DNA of 63,934 nucleotides, filler included, from an uncultured Methanosarcinales archaeon (GCA_964550945.1; 13 parts of 13 records of this genome joined end to end with filler, not necessarily neighbours in it), one strand, 5' to 3'. Counted from the first letter of the whole stretch, positions 19,301 to 30,966 are shown. Notes: generated by a model not told the origin, from the sequence alone. Numbers and translations are program-made.

Positions 19301-21412
19301 TTGCTTCCTGTTGTATCTTGGTTATGGGCTGCTATATTACTAGAACAAGATGGTGTATCTCCTGTTCCACTGCTGCAAACTACACAAATATTACAATTAG
19401 CATCTTGTCCTTCTGAATCTCCTCCATTATCAGTTACCCAATCATTAACTCCATTACAATATTTGCTTCCATATTCATGGCAAGCATTACCAGAATTGCA
19501 TTCTTGTCCTCCTAAATCATCACCTTTGCAAATATAAGCTCCATATTCGTCTCCTGTATCATAACCAGGGTCATAGCCGCTTCTTGAGCATTCTTTTCCT
19601 GCTGCTGCACAATACTTGCTTCCTGAGTTTATTGCTGTTACGCAGTTATTACTGCTACATTCTGGATCTTGGGTGCAGGATTCACCGTTTTGTTTTAAAA
19701 CAGTTACTTGAACACTATCAGAATCTTCTTGGGTATTACTACCGTCACCAGATACACTTATTGATTTTGCCCCACTAGTAATTGCTCTTAACGTCCATGT
19801 TACAGATCTGCTATCATCCCAACGAATATCGCCCAACACACTATCGTCGTCTGAACCATATGTCATTGTTACTCCATCTTCCCTTGTAGTTTCCATTGAT
19901 TGTATATTTACCCCACTTGGTAAAGTTATTTCAGAATACACGCCTGAGGCTACATAGGATCCAGGAGAAACTGTTGCAGTTACTGTAAAGTCCTCATTAA
20001 TATTAACGCTAGTGTCACTTGCACTAACTGAAACACTTAGGGTGGGTGTTGGATCTCCTCTAATACGAAGAAATATGATGCCATATTGCTGAGAAGAACC
20101 CGTAGATATATTTGTGGGGCATACCTTCACTTTAAAATAACCTTCCCCAGGATCATCCCAAACTACCCTCTCTACATTATCCACAGTTGAAGCACTGTTT
20201 TCTTCGCCACTATAACATCCATTTAAATCCCCACCCTTATCTATATATAAATCCAAATTGTTTAATACTGCTGAATCTGCTAAAAAATCAGCAGGAGGTT
20301 CATTCCAAACAAGAGTTACAATAAACTTATCAGTATCATCTGGTACAGATATATTATAGAAATGATAAGCAGATTCGCTTACATTGTTTGTTCCTCCATA
20401 TGACCATTTCCAACCGTCAGAATAATCTAAAACCCAGTGAGCAAGATAAGAATCTACTTTACCAGCACCATATTTATTGGGATTCCCACGGTCTATGGCA
20501 TTTGTTATAAGCAATGCCTTTACTAAATCTGGACGCTCCTCAAGGAAGGAATAATGATCAAGTAATGTAGTAACTAAGCCAGAAACATGTGGTGTTGCCA
20601 TACTTGTTCCACATTTGGATACGTAGCCATCATTATCTTGATAATCGGCTGAATATATATCACAGCCTGGTGCACTAATATCTGGTTTTTTTCTTTCATC
20701 TCCTGTAGGTCCTCCGCTAGTATCATCCCAATAATCATCAACATCATGGCTTCCAGTTTTTTCATCCCATGTAGCACCTACAGTAATAGTGTTTTTTGAA
20801 CATCCTGGATAACGTATCTTATAAGTTAAACCTTCATTACCTGCTGCAATAACAAAAACCCTTTTATTATCATAAACTTCTTCATCTACTTCTCTACTAA
20901 TCGCATCAGTTCCTTCGCATGCTGTCTCAGCATACCCAAGACTCATACTAGCAACATCTGTTGTTCTTGACTCCATCGCATCAATTATATCGCTAGGTAA
21001 TGCTTGACCTTGATTATCTACTACTTGGTCTATGTAAATATCACTAACTCCTGTAGCTACACCTTTGTATTTACTATTAGCGTTTCCACGTCCAAGTAGG
21101 ATTCCTGCTACATGAGTTCCATGCCCAAAATAATTATCGTCAAGAGGATTAGCACCAACATAACTATCTGCATCAGTTGGTGTAGGTAGATCTTGATGAC
21201 TAGATTCATAACCTGTATCAATAATTTGGACAGATATGCCTGAGCCATCATAACTTCCACCCCTTATATAATCAGCGCTAATAGTTGGTGTACTTTCATC
21301 AAGCAATGTAGTTAAAGTTGGAGATGGCTCAATAAATGCAACAAATTCTAAATTAGCTATTTCAGGTATAATATTTGGATTTATTATAGTTCTATATCCC
21401 TTAGCCCCTAAA
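16338..21412 (-). CDS. Giant secreted S8 subtilase with Cys-rich, CARDB-like and cadherin/Ig-like repeats (5' partial, spans a 10-N gap)
   Basis: IIDTG, HGTHVAG, AAGN and GTSMATP catalytic motifs. The 16338-18641 frame stays open up to the gap at 19117 (GACNGNGNCK...), so the two track ORFs are one gene. VNDAP/WPED repeats. Confidence 0.85.
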
Positions 21413-21512
21413 NNNNNNNNNNNNNNNNNNNNNNNNNNNNNNNNNNNNNNNNNNNNTTAATTAATTAANNNNNNNNNNNNNNNNNNNNNNNNNNNNNNNN
21501 NNNNNNNNNNNN

Positions 21513-24500
21513 CTATGTAATACTTAACATAGAATCCATTAAGGGTATAATTTCCATAATTTTTTATTGTTGCATTAATTTTTATTGTTTCTCCTTCGCA
21601 AACATCACTTCTAATTGCTATATCCTCTACAATAATATCTGGATAGTAAGTTATGGAACATCTGGCGTCACCTTCATAAATAGTTGGAGTGCCACAGGCA
21701 TTACCCTCGCAGCCGCAATTACTTAAGCAGTTATTAGGAACATCAGCATAGTCATAATAATCGCTTCCTACACAGGAGTCAAGATAGTCGCAGTCAGTGG
21801 GTGTGCAATCTGCGTTGCTGTCACACAGTGCTCCGCAGGTTATTGTGTTAATGCCATCATTCGGATCATTATCGCTGCAATGGGATCCTGTTAAATTGCA
21901 GCTGTGCTGAATACAATAACCCTGCCCGTCACAAACATCTTGGCCATCTGTTGGGTAGAACTCTGCTATGAACCCATTGCAGGCATTTGAAGGGCAATCC
22001 CTAAAACTGCCGCAGGTATTTCCCAAAGTTTTGTTAGGATATTGGCAGCCGGTGAGGGTGCACTCATCATTTGTGCAGTCATTGCCATCTGAACAGGAGC
22101 TATGATCAAGCGTATAGCTACAGTTGTCTGTTGCTTCATTGCAGGAATCAACAGTACACGTGATATTATCATTACAGTTGATTGAGGTTCCCTGGATACA
22201 TGAGCCGCTGCTGCAAACTTCTTGGCCATCGCAATACAAGCCATTTTGGCAGCTTTGAGAAACTGCTGGCTCTTCATCTACCGAAGCATCACAGTTATCA
22301 TCTACACCGTTGCATATTTCAGTAGCACCTGGGAATACACCTGGGTTTATATCATTGCAATCTGCCACACCACAACCGGCCTTGCTTTTGTTGTATCCAT
22401 CATGGTCCTCATCAGTGCATGGCGCGAAATATACTAAAGGAAGATGATCTCCACCAGACTGAATATACCCAGAAGAATTGTATGGCAGTTTTGTATCTCC
22501 AATACCATCCTCATCTAGGTCAGAACCATTGTAATCATCCCAGAAATTACCCCCCAACCATGGACCGCCAACTATATTTGTTCCCAATGTCTTAGTTATG
22601 TTCCAACTATTTACGCTATAGTCTAGGGCATTGTAGGTATTGTTGAAGAAATTGTTGTAAATAGTATTGTCAGAAGAGTCGTAGTAGAGATAGAGGCCAT
22701 AATAACTGTTGCTAATCAAGTTACCATACAAGACATTATTCAAACTGGACCAAAGGTAAATTCCGTAATTGTACCCTTTAGTATCTTTTACTATGTTGTT
22801 GCTTACATTGCTGTAGTTGCTGGAAGCCAGATATATTCCGTAGTCAGTGTTGTTGTATATTGTATTGTCAACAAGGGTAATATTCGACGAGGAACTTAAA
22901 TAGATTCCACTGTCAAACTGTGTGATCTGGCAGTTCTTTATGGTTACTCTGCTTCTTTTGTAGATGTATACCCCAGAGTCAGTTCCTTCGTTGTCCCCAT
23001 CAATAGCGTTTCCATTGCAGTCAAGCGTTATATTATCCACGTCAACTATAACTAAGCCATAAGAACCGCAATTATACAAACTATAGTTCATAATGTGGGA
23101 ATCATTTAATGTATCTCCGCAATGGCATTGAGTTGCTCCGCCGCAAAGCACTCTATCAATCCCTCCATAAGGATAATAATCAACACCATCACCAGGCCCT
23201 GCTATGATGTAATCATACGGATAACCCAAATTCTCTTCAAAATCATCCCAGTAATTCCCTGTAGTGCTAAGATTCCAGTAGTAGCCAGTGGAAGATTCAT
23301 ATGCATTGATGCTATTGTTTGTGAAATTATTGTTCCATAAAAGATTATCAGATGCGTAATCAACATATACACCATAATTGTTTCCCATAATCCTGTTAGA
23401 AGTGATATTGTTAGAATAAGAAGAGTAGACATAAATTCCATAATTACTACTATTGTAGAAATCATTATTAGATAAGAGATTATAACCAGAGTAGTAATAC
23501 AAGTAAGCGCCATAATTATTATTTCTTATGCTGTTTCCTGCCAATATATTGTAACTGGAATAATAATAAAAAACGCCAAAGTTATTGTTATTATCTAAGT
23601 TATTTCCTATTATATTATTGTTGTTAGAGAAGTAGTTTAGATAAACACCATAATTAATGTTATTATTAGCTGTGTTGTTTATCAGTTGGTTCCTAGAACC
23701 AGACGTAATATATATCCCGTTAGACTCATTTCTGAGCGTGTTATTCACCAGATTGTTCTCATTACCATTTAAATAGATTCCATACTGGTAGTTGTTGTTT
23801 GCTATGTTATTGCTAAGGTTATTATTGTTAGAGCTTGAATAGAGGTAGATTCCATAGTTAGTATTACCCAGAGCCTTATTATTAATAAGGCTGTTGTTAG
23901 AGCTTGTCTCTAGGTAAATCCCTCTGTCAAACTGAGTTATGTTGCAGTTCTTGATTTCTATCCCAGTTCTTCCGTTGAGGTATATCCCAGAGTCAGTCCC
24001 TTCATTGTCTCCATCAATAGTGTTTCCATTGCAGTCAAGCGTGACATTATCAACACCAATTATTATTCCATTAGCTCCACAATTATACAAACTATAGTTC
24101 ATGGTTTGAGAAGCAATTAAAGTATCTCCGCAATGGCATTGAGTTGCTCCGCCGCAAAGCACTCTATCAATCCCTCCATAAGGATAATAATCAACACCAT
24201 CACCAGGCCCTGCTATGATGTAATCATACGGATAACCCAAATTCTCTTCAAAATCATCCCAGTAATTCCCTGTAGTGCTAAGATTCCAGTAGTAGCCAGT
24301 GGAAGATTCATATGCATTGATGCTATTGTTTGTGAAATTATTGTTCCATAAAAGATTATCAGATGCGTAATCAACATATACACCATAATTGTTTCCCATA
24401 ATCCTGTTAGAAGTGATATTGTTAGAATAAGAAGAGTAGACATAAATTCCATAATTACTACTATTGTAGAAATCATTATTAGATAAGAGATTATAACCAG

Positions 24501-25008
24501 AGTAGTAATACAAGTAAGCGCCATAATTATTATTTCTTATGCTGTTTCCTGCCAATATATTGTAACTGGAATAATAATAAAAAACGCCAAAGTTATTGTT
24601 ATTATCTAAGTTATTTCCTATTATATTATTGTTGTTAGAGAAGTAGTTTAGATAAACACCATAATTAATGTTATTATTAGCTGTGTTGTTTATCAGTTGG
24701 TTTCTGGAGCTGGAATAGAGGAATATACCCTCACTAAACTCCTTCACATTACAATTATTGATAGTAACATCGTTCCTGCTGCTTAAGTCTATTCCATAGC
24801 CGGAGTTGAATCCATCAATCGTATAGCCTTTGCAATCTAAAGTGATGTTATCTGCTCCTATTGTCAAGCCAGTGCTTGGGCAATTAGTGAGGTTACCAGT
24901 TAAAGTGTATGACTGAGTTAATGTATCACCACAATTACACAATGTTAAACCGCCGCAATTAGTCCCATATACAGAAATAGCTAAAGCTAATAAGAATAAA
25001 GTTACCAA
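21513..25008 (-). CDS. Large secreted NosD/right-handed beta-helix protein with Cys-rich and CARDB-like regions (3' partial)
   Basis: Repeated ITLDCxG, YGIYL and GNYWDD motifs, ATEICNGVDDNCD metal-binding motif, signal peptide. The true start may be ACG at 25026. Confidence 0.85.
23111..24702. repeat. Exact 581-bp intragenic direct repeat (23111-23691 = 24122-24702)
   Basis: Line-by-line comparison at offset 1011 shows no mismatch; the flanks are similar but diverged. Confidence 0.95.
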
Positions 25009-25142
25009 AGGAATTGTTTTCCTCGTTTTAAAACCCCCCTATAATAGAATAGGTATTAAACCCACCTTTAAAATAGTTTCTATTCTGGAATGGTTACTTG
25101 GTTTTAACCCAATAACCATATCTAAGTTTCATTTCAATTTTT

Positions 25143-26687
25143 TTAACTACTCCAATTACAGTTTGGAACAGTGCTCAAAAACTTATTTCCTAGAGCAGGA
25201 TAGCCGCCTACATTTGTGAAAAGCAAAGTTTGTAACGCAACTAAATCCTTAATGCCGTCACCATCATTATCAACATATACATAAGCTCTTGGAACTATAA
25301 ATTGTGTTTCTTCTCCTGCTGAATTTGACACGTTAAAATATATATTAAAATTACCTGATGTATCAGTCTTATTTATGGCCAAAATCTTTCCCCTATACTC
25401 ATCTATTATAACAATATCAATTTCTTGTCCAGGTGTTTCACTATTCGTTGCTTTACCGATCATCCTGAATTCCCTACCACAAACATTGTTAGCTCCATAA
25501 TTATAATTTAGTCTATACAATGAAGCATTTCCTGCTATTTTGCTGTCTATATTAAGTATTAGTGGAGAATGATGCAATTCTGCTATTATCTCACTATGGC
25601 CATTAACTAAGAATATTCTCATTACAGCCTTACCTTTTGCCAGATTAGGTTTCCAGATTAGACCAAATCTTGAAGTATCCCCGCAGCCAATGCATCTTTC
25701 AGCAACTGTAGTAGTAGAGCCAACAAGGCGCATAAACTCTGGATGATAATAACTATAACCAACATCTGGAGGATAAGGGCTATTTTCTAGTAGATGACCA
25801 ACATAAACCAATACGCCATAGTTCTGTTTGTCTCCGTAAGGAGCTTCATAATAACCCCAGCCGCCTATAAGGTTGTTTATGTCTCCATTCACGGTAGTGC
25901 CATTAACAGGAATATCAATATAACTCTCAACTAGGTGATCGCTTCTTAATGAGCCTAAATTATTTCTGCCATTAAAACTTATTTCTTTATCTGTGTATAA
26001 TCCTGAATCATTTCCCATAGAATACAACAAATGATAGGTATAAAAATCATCAAAAAGAAAAGCAACATACAACACTAATCCTTTTACATCATATTTTGCT
26101 GCATGATAAAGCCTTTTTAAGGCCATATATCCGTTGATAATGCCAGTGTCCTCAAGAGTAAACTCATAACCTTCTGGCTTGTTTATAACAATCTTGGATA
26201 AAGGAACTTCCATAACATCAATACCTCCACCATGAGCAGAATGGATATCTATTCCATTGTTTACTAGAAAGCTAACACTTTCTTGATAAGAAAATCCATC
26301 TGTTGGATTGTCATCATTTCCATACCCAAAATACAGTGCATAATCTTTATCAGGGAATAAATTTTTCACTTCCCGAGTTAAATTTGCTCTGAATTCATTT
26401 AGCTTCCCATTATACTGCTCATATGATGGAGGATCAGTTGGGATTAATGCTCGAGCATATATATCCCCTGTCCTGTAACAATCACCAACATTATCACTGC
26501 CTTCCCACCATCTAGCATTAACACCAAAAGGAAAACCATATTCGCCAAAATCAGAAGGTGGCACAATACTGATTTTGGTAAAAGAGCTGTAGTTGGAAAA
26601 GAAATTCTTAAGCCCCTTATAGAATTCAACGCCCATATTCAGTGTTCTTGGATCATATATGCTGGCAATCTTAGTTTGTCTGCCATC
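25143..26687 (-). CDS. Hypothetical extracellular protein (5' partial)
   Basis: More than 500 aa, open to the contig end; Tyr/Gly/Asn-rich with a DNDGDG Ca-binding-like loop. Confidence 0.7.
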   Translation of the reverse strand, partial: DGRQTKIASIYDPRTLNMGVEFYKGLKNFFSNYSSFTKISIVPPSDFGEYGFPFGVNARWWEGSDNVGDCYRTGDIYARALIPTDPPSYEQYNGKLNEFRANLTREVKNLFPDKDYALYFGYGNDDNPTDGFSYQESVSFLVNNGIDIHSAHGGGIDVMEVPLSKIVINKPEGYEFTLEDTGIINGYMALKRLYHAAKYDVKGLVLYVAFLFDDFYTYHLLYSMGNDSGLYTDKEISFNGRNNLGSLRSDHLVESYIDIPVNGTTVNGDINNLIGGWGYYEAPYGDKQNYGVLVYVGHLLENSPYPPDVGYSYYHPEFMRLVGSTTTVAERCIGCGDTSRFGLIWKPNLAKGKAVMRIFLVNGHSEIIAELHHSPLILNIDSKIAGNASLYRLNYNYGANNVCGREFRMIGKATNSETPGQEIDIVIIDEYRGKILAINKTDTSGNFNIYFNVSNSAGEETQFIVPRAYVYVDNDGDGIKDLVALQTLLFTNVGGYPALGNKFLSTVPNCNWSS

Positions 26688-26787
26688 NNNNNNNNNNNNN
26701 NNNNNNNNNNNNNNNNNNNNNNNNNNNNNNNTTAATTAATTAANNNNNNNNNNNNNNNNNNNNNNNNNNNNNNNNNNNNNNNNNNNN

Positions 26788-26936
26788 AGAGCAAGGATGA
26801 TGAGGTAGTTGAATATGCTTTAAGCAGAAATTTATCCCCTGCCCTTGTTTCAGAATATAAGACGAAGCTCATAGATAAAAAAATACTAAGAAAGAAATTG
26901 CATGAGTTTTATTTGCTGGCTGACAAGGAGAGCTGA
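26788..26936 (+). CDS. 3' fragment of a YhcG/DUF1016 PD-(D/E)XK-domain protein
   Basis: SKDDEVVEYALSRNLSPALVSEYKTKLIDKKILRKKLHE matches the characteristic DUF1016 C-terminus; absent from the ORF track. Confidence 0.8.
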
Positions 26937-26971
26937 TCAACATGAAGCGCATTAAGAGGGTATAATTAAAA

Positions 26972-27259
26972 ATGACAACCCCGACATTTTACGACCAAAA
27001 CAAACTAACCGAAATAATTGCCTTATCACAAAGATTAGGCACCGATTCAAATAAGCTGATTGATATGATGCAGCACCACACAACTGAGATAAAAGAGCTT
27101 TTTGATAGCAAAAACAAACATTTTGCTGTTGAAACAGGTGATTTAATGATTTTATCCTTACAATTACTGCTGATGGAAGGCTATTCAGTTGATGAAATCA
27201 TGGATAAATGCTATTCAAGATTTGATAAGAAGCTTAATGGGGTATTAGAAAATGGTTGA
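26972..27259 (+). CDS. MazG-like nucleotide pyrophosphohydrolase-fold protein
   Basis: 95 aa, all-alpha; EIKEL...ETGDL pattern. Confidence 0.55.
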   Translation: MTTPTFYDQNKLTEIIALSQRLGTDSNKLIDMMQHHTTEIKELFDSKNKHFAVETGDLMILSLQLLLMEGYSVDEIMDKCYSRFDKKLNGVLENG

Positions 27260-27680
27260 AGGAGATTGGCACGAGAAAACAAGAAATGAATTAATTGAAA
27301 AATATTCTAAAGAAGGTTATAAAGTAGCTAGTTCTCACAGCGGGGACAAGATATTCTTATTTAAAGATAGCTTGAAAAGAGAGAATTGCCTTTCTGATGT
27401 TGATTTGGTTCTTTTGAAAGATAATAAAGTGGTAACTTTAATAGAAATCCAGCAAAGTCTAAGACCTAAGGAGCTTATTGGAATAATAAGCGCTACTAAT
27501 TTAACAAATAAATGCCAGATAGACAATAATGAATATTTGTTATCTGATGTAAGTCTGATCATAGTAGTAAACAAACAAAAAGAAAAATCAAGGAAACAAT
27601 ATCAGTTAGATGTTATCAAAAATAACCTTAACCTTCAAGATGGTTGTTTAAAGAGTTTTGAGTTTGTAGAATCTGATTAA
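27252..27680 (+). CDS. Putative PD-(D/E)XK-fold nuclease
   Basis: WHE...SDVDLVLL...LIEIQ pattern; 8-bp overlap with the upstream gene. Confidence 0.55.
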   Translation: MVEGDWHEKTRNELIEKYSKEGYKVASSHSGDKIFLFKDSLKRENCLSDVDLVLLKDNKVVTLIEIQQSLRPKELIGIISATNLTNKCQIDNNEYLLSDVSLIIVVNKQKEKSRKQYQLDVIKNNLNLQDGCLKSFEFVESD

Positions 27681-27681
27681 A

Positions 27682-29034
27682 ATGACATCCCTAACCTTTT
27701 ACGGCGGAGCTTGTGAAATAGGAGGAAACAAGATATTATTAGAAGACAAAGGAGTAAAAGTCTATATTGATTTTGGGCAATGCTTCCATTTTGGCGAGGA
27801 CTTTTTCTATGAATATCTAGAGCCTCGAAGTGCCAATGGGTTAGAGGTTTACTTTGAGTTTAACCTCATACCTCAAGTTTCTAAGGTTTATAGCGAGGAT
27901 ATGCTTAAATTAACAGATTTGAAATATGAAAAGCCAGATGTTGATGGAATTATCATATCTCATTCTCACTCAGACCATAATAACCATCTTCAATTTATTG
28001 ATCCTTCTATCAAGGTTTTTATGGGGCATGGCACAAAGCAGCTTATGGACATCTATCAATTTCTCTATCCCCAGTTCCAGAAGTATGGAGAGCACGATAT
28101 AACCACTTTTAAATCAGGGGATAAGCTTAAGATAAAGCACATTGAGATAACTCCCATACATGTTGAGCATTCTGTTCCTGGAGCCTATGGCTTTATCATA
28201 AAGACCTCAAAAGGAAATATTGTATATACAGGCGATTTAAGGATTCATGGCCCTAAAAAGGAGTATACTGAAGAATTTATTGAAAAGGCTGCCAAGGCTA
28301 AGCCTTATATCCTGCTTTGCGAAGGGACAAGGATGAATTATGAAAGCGAACACAACATGACAGAAGAAGAGGTTAGCGAGAAAGTCAATTCAATAATAAA
28401 GGGCTCTAAAGGCACTGTTTTTACTTATTTTTCAATGTCTAATGTGGATAGGTTTAATTCTGTCTATAAGGCGGCTGTGGCTAATAAGAGGATTATGGTT
28501 GTTGACACTAGGCTGGCTTATATTATGTCTAATATGAAGGATAAGGTTAATTTTCCTGATCCTCTTTCTGATCCTAATATCAAGGTCTATTTTAGGATTT
28601 CCAAAAGCTGCTCTTTTAAAGATACTGATTACTATAAATGGGAAAGGGAATACTGTTCTAAGATGATAAACTATAAGGAGATAAAGAAGAATCCTAAAAA
28701 ATATGTCATGTTCCTGGGGTTTTACAAATTGATGGAATTGGTCTATATCCAGCCAAAGAATGGTGATTTTATCTATTCAATGTCAGAGCACTTCCTTGAA
28801 GGAGAGGATAATGAAGAGATGAGGATTGTTTTAGAGAACTGGATGAAGCACTTTAAGCTGAATTTCCACAAAGCACATTGCTCAGGCCATGCTTCTAAAT
28901 CGGACATCAAAGAGATAGTTAAGGCAATAAACCCTAAAATCCTTATTCCAATACATACTGAAAATGCTGAAGAGTTCAAGAAGATACATGATAATGTTAA
29001 AATAGTTAAGAATGGGGAGAAGATAGAGGTTTGA
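27682..29034 (+). CDS. Metallo-beta-lactamase/beta-CASP ribonuclease (RNase J-like)
   Basis: EIGGN, HSHSDH, HSVP, YTGD, HCSGHA and PIH motifs. Confidence 0.88.
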   Translation: MTSLTFYGGACEIGGNKILLEDKGVKVYIDFGQCFHFGEDFFYEYLEPRSANGLEVYFEFNLIPQVSKVYSEDMLKLTDLKYEKPDVDGIIISHSHSDHNNHLQFIDPSIKVFMGHGTKQLMDIYQFLYPQFQKYGEHDITTFKSGDKLKIKHIEITPIHVEHSVPGAYGFIIKTSKGNIVYTGDLRIHGPKKEYTEEFIEKAAKAKPYILLCEGTRMNYESEHNMTEEEVSEKVNSIIKGSKGTVFTYFSMSNVDRFNSVYKAAVANKRIMVVDTRLAYIMSNMKDKVNFPDPLSDPNIKVYFRISKSCSFKDTDYYKWEREYCSKMINYKEIKKNPKKYVMFLGFYKLMELVYIQPKNGDFIYSMSEHFLEGEDNEEMRIVLENWMKHFKLNFHKAHCSGHASKSDIKEIVKAINPKILIPIHTENAEEFKKIHDNVKIVKNGEKIEV

Positions 29035-29103
29035 GAGGGTATAAATGGAAAAAAATCAAAATATAGGCTTACTGGTGCTGGAAAGATTGCGAGGTTGTGA
29101 TTA

Positions 29104-30279
29104 ATGCCAACCTACTCAAACTCAAGATTAAGCGCATTTGAACAATGCCCTTTGAAGTTCAAATTCGCTTACATAGACAAATTAGAGACCGAGATAGAAG
29201 AGACAGTAGAAACATTCCTTGGCTCTAGGGTTCATGAAGCTTTGGAGAAATTGTATAAAGATCTTAAGTTTCAGAAATTAAATTCCTTGAAAGAGCTGCT
29301 TGAATTCTATAATAAAGAATGGAAAAAGAACTGGAATGATAAGATTGTCATAGTTCGCGATGAGTATGAGCAAGAGAATTATCGCCAAATGGGTGAGAAG
29401 TTTATAACTGGCTTTTACAATCGGTATACACCATTTAATGACTCTAGAACAATAGCCTTGGAGACGCAAAAGATTGTTGACCTAAGCGATGACCATAAGA
29501 TCCATATAAGGATAGATAGATTAGCAGGGAAGAATGGCGTCTTTGAGATACATGACTATAAGACCTCTAATTCTTTGCCTGCTCAGGATGATCTTGATAA
29601 TGACAGGCAATTAGCCATATATGCTTATGGAGTAAAGAAGCTATATCCTCAGGCTATTAAGATAAGGCTGGTATGGCATTATCTTGCTTTTGATTGCGAG
29701 ATGGTATCTGAAAGAACTAATGAGCAGCTTGAATCTTTAAGAGGCGAGGTTCTACAGCTGATAAAAGAGATTGAAAATTGTAAAGAATTTCCTGCTAAAG
29801 AATCTGCACTTTGCCAATGGTGTGAATTCATTGCAGAATGCCCTAATTTCAAGCACCTGCATAAGATTGAGGATAAAGATGCAAATGAATACCTAAATGA
29901 TGACGGAGTTAAACTAGTGAATGAATTTGCTTCTACTAAGGCTGAGATTGATAAGAATGAAGAGAAACTAGAGAAATTGAAGGAAGCATTGGTTGCTTTT
30001 GCTAAAAAAGAAGGCATTGATGTTGTTTATGGCTCTGATGTGAAGGCTTCTGTTAAATCTTATCCCAAGTTGAGCTTTCCCAAGAAAGGAGATCATCTGC
30101 AAAAAGAGTTTTTTGAAGCTGTCAAGAAGATCGGCTTATGGGAGCAATTAAGCACAGTTGATGTCTATGAATTAGCAAAGATGATCAATAACAGAGCTAT
30201 CCATGATGATCTGGTTAAACTGCTGGATAGGTTTATAACAAAAGGAGAGATTGTTAGAGTGGGTTTGAGGAGGAAGTGA
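29104..30279 (+). CDS. Cas4-like/RecB-family PD-(D/E)XK exonuclease with Fe-S cysteines
   Basis: EQCP, GSRVHEALE, RIDRL, HDYKT, QLAIY and CQWCEFIAECP motifs. Confidence 0.88.
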   Translation: MPTYSNSRLSAFEQCPLKFKFAYIDKLETEIEETVETFLGSRVHEALEKLYKDLKFQKLNSLKELLEFYNKEWKKNWNDKIVIVRDEYEQENYRQMGEKFITGFYNRYTPFNDSRTIALETQKIVDLSDDHKIHIRIDRLAGKNGVFEIHDYKTSNSLPAQDDLDNDRQLAIYAYGVKKLYPQAIKIRLVWHYLAFDCEMVSERTNEQLESLRGEVLQLIKEIENCKEFPAKESALCQWCEFIAECPNFKHLHKIEDKDANEYLNDDGVKLVNEFASTKAEIDKNEEKLEKLKEALVAFAKKEGIDVVYGSDVKASVKSYPKLSFPKKGDHLQKEFFEAVKKIGLWEQLSTVDVYELAKMINNRAIHDDLVKLLDRFITKGEIVRVGLRRK

Positions 30280-30306
30280 ATTTTAAAAAATAGAAAAGCT
30301 TAAAAG

Positions 30307-30966
30307 ATGAAAATTATCAAAAAATATGATTATAAACTGACCAAAGAAAGCCTAGATAAGGATATTGAGCAATTTATCAGGGAAGCAAGAAAAGGTGCCT
30401 ACGAGTGGGATTACAAGTATGGGATGGAAGGGTTAAGAATTGTTAAGCAGTATTTCAAGCTTATTCAAGCTGAGTTTGATAATGGAAATTTTGGGCTTTG
30501 TAGAACCTGTTATAATATGCTTCTCATTCTTTTGTTTGAAGAGGGGCATAAACACAGCTATTTTGGGTATGAGGATATAATTGGCAGAAGCAAGCTTGAT
30601 TTTGAAAAGATTATCAGAAACTATTTCCTGTGCCTCATTAAGCTTCATTCAGTTGAGGAATTATTTAACGAATTTGTCGAATACCTAAAATCTAAACAAG
30701 ACTATTATTTTGAATCTGCTGAAAAGACAATAATGGAGGGGTTAAGCAATGAAGATTTCGCTAAATTTAAGAAACTGCTGCTGATAGAGTCTGAGAAAAT
30801 TGGGAAGGATGATTATGCCATGCATGACATTCTCAATTTTCTTATTGATATCACCAGCAAAAAAGAAAAAGATGAAGAGAAGTTTCTTTCGTTAGCTGGG
30901 AAATTTGCTCCTGTTTTAGGCTATGATAAGGTTAAGGACTTTTTGGAGGATTATAATGAAATGTAG
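30307..30966 (+). CDS. Hypothetical alpha-helical protein
   Basis: 219-aa ORF in an operon-like arrangement. Confidence 0.7.
   Translation: MKIIKKYDYKLTKESLDKDIEQFIREARKGAYEWDYKYGMEGLRIVKQYFKLIQAEFDNGNFGLCRTCYNMLLILLFEEGHKHSYFGYEDIIGRSKLDFEKIIRNYFLCLIKLHSVEELFNEFVEYLKSKQDYYFESAEKTIMEGLSNEDFAKFKKLLLIESEKIGKDDYAMHDILNFLIDITSKKEKDEEKFLSLAGKFAPVLGYDKVKDFLEDYNEM

Noticed and set aside
23111..24702. Possible DGR template/variable repeat pair (Asn-codon-rich repeat in a DPANN-like genome)
   Set aside because: The copies are identical with no adenine-specific mismatches, both are in frame within one gene, and no reverse transcriptase is in the window.
29104..30279. Cas4-like gene as evidence of CRISPR-Cas
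   Set aside because: No repeat-spacer array, cas1/cas2 or effector genes are present; solo Cas4/RecB-like nucleases are common in archaea.
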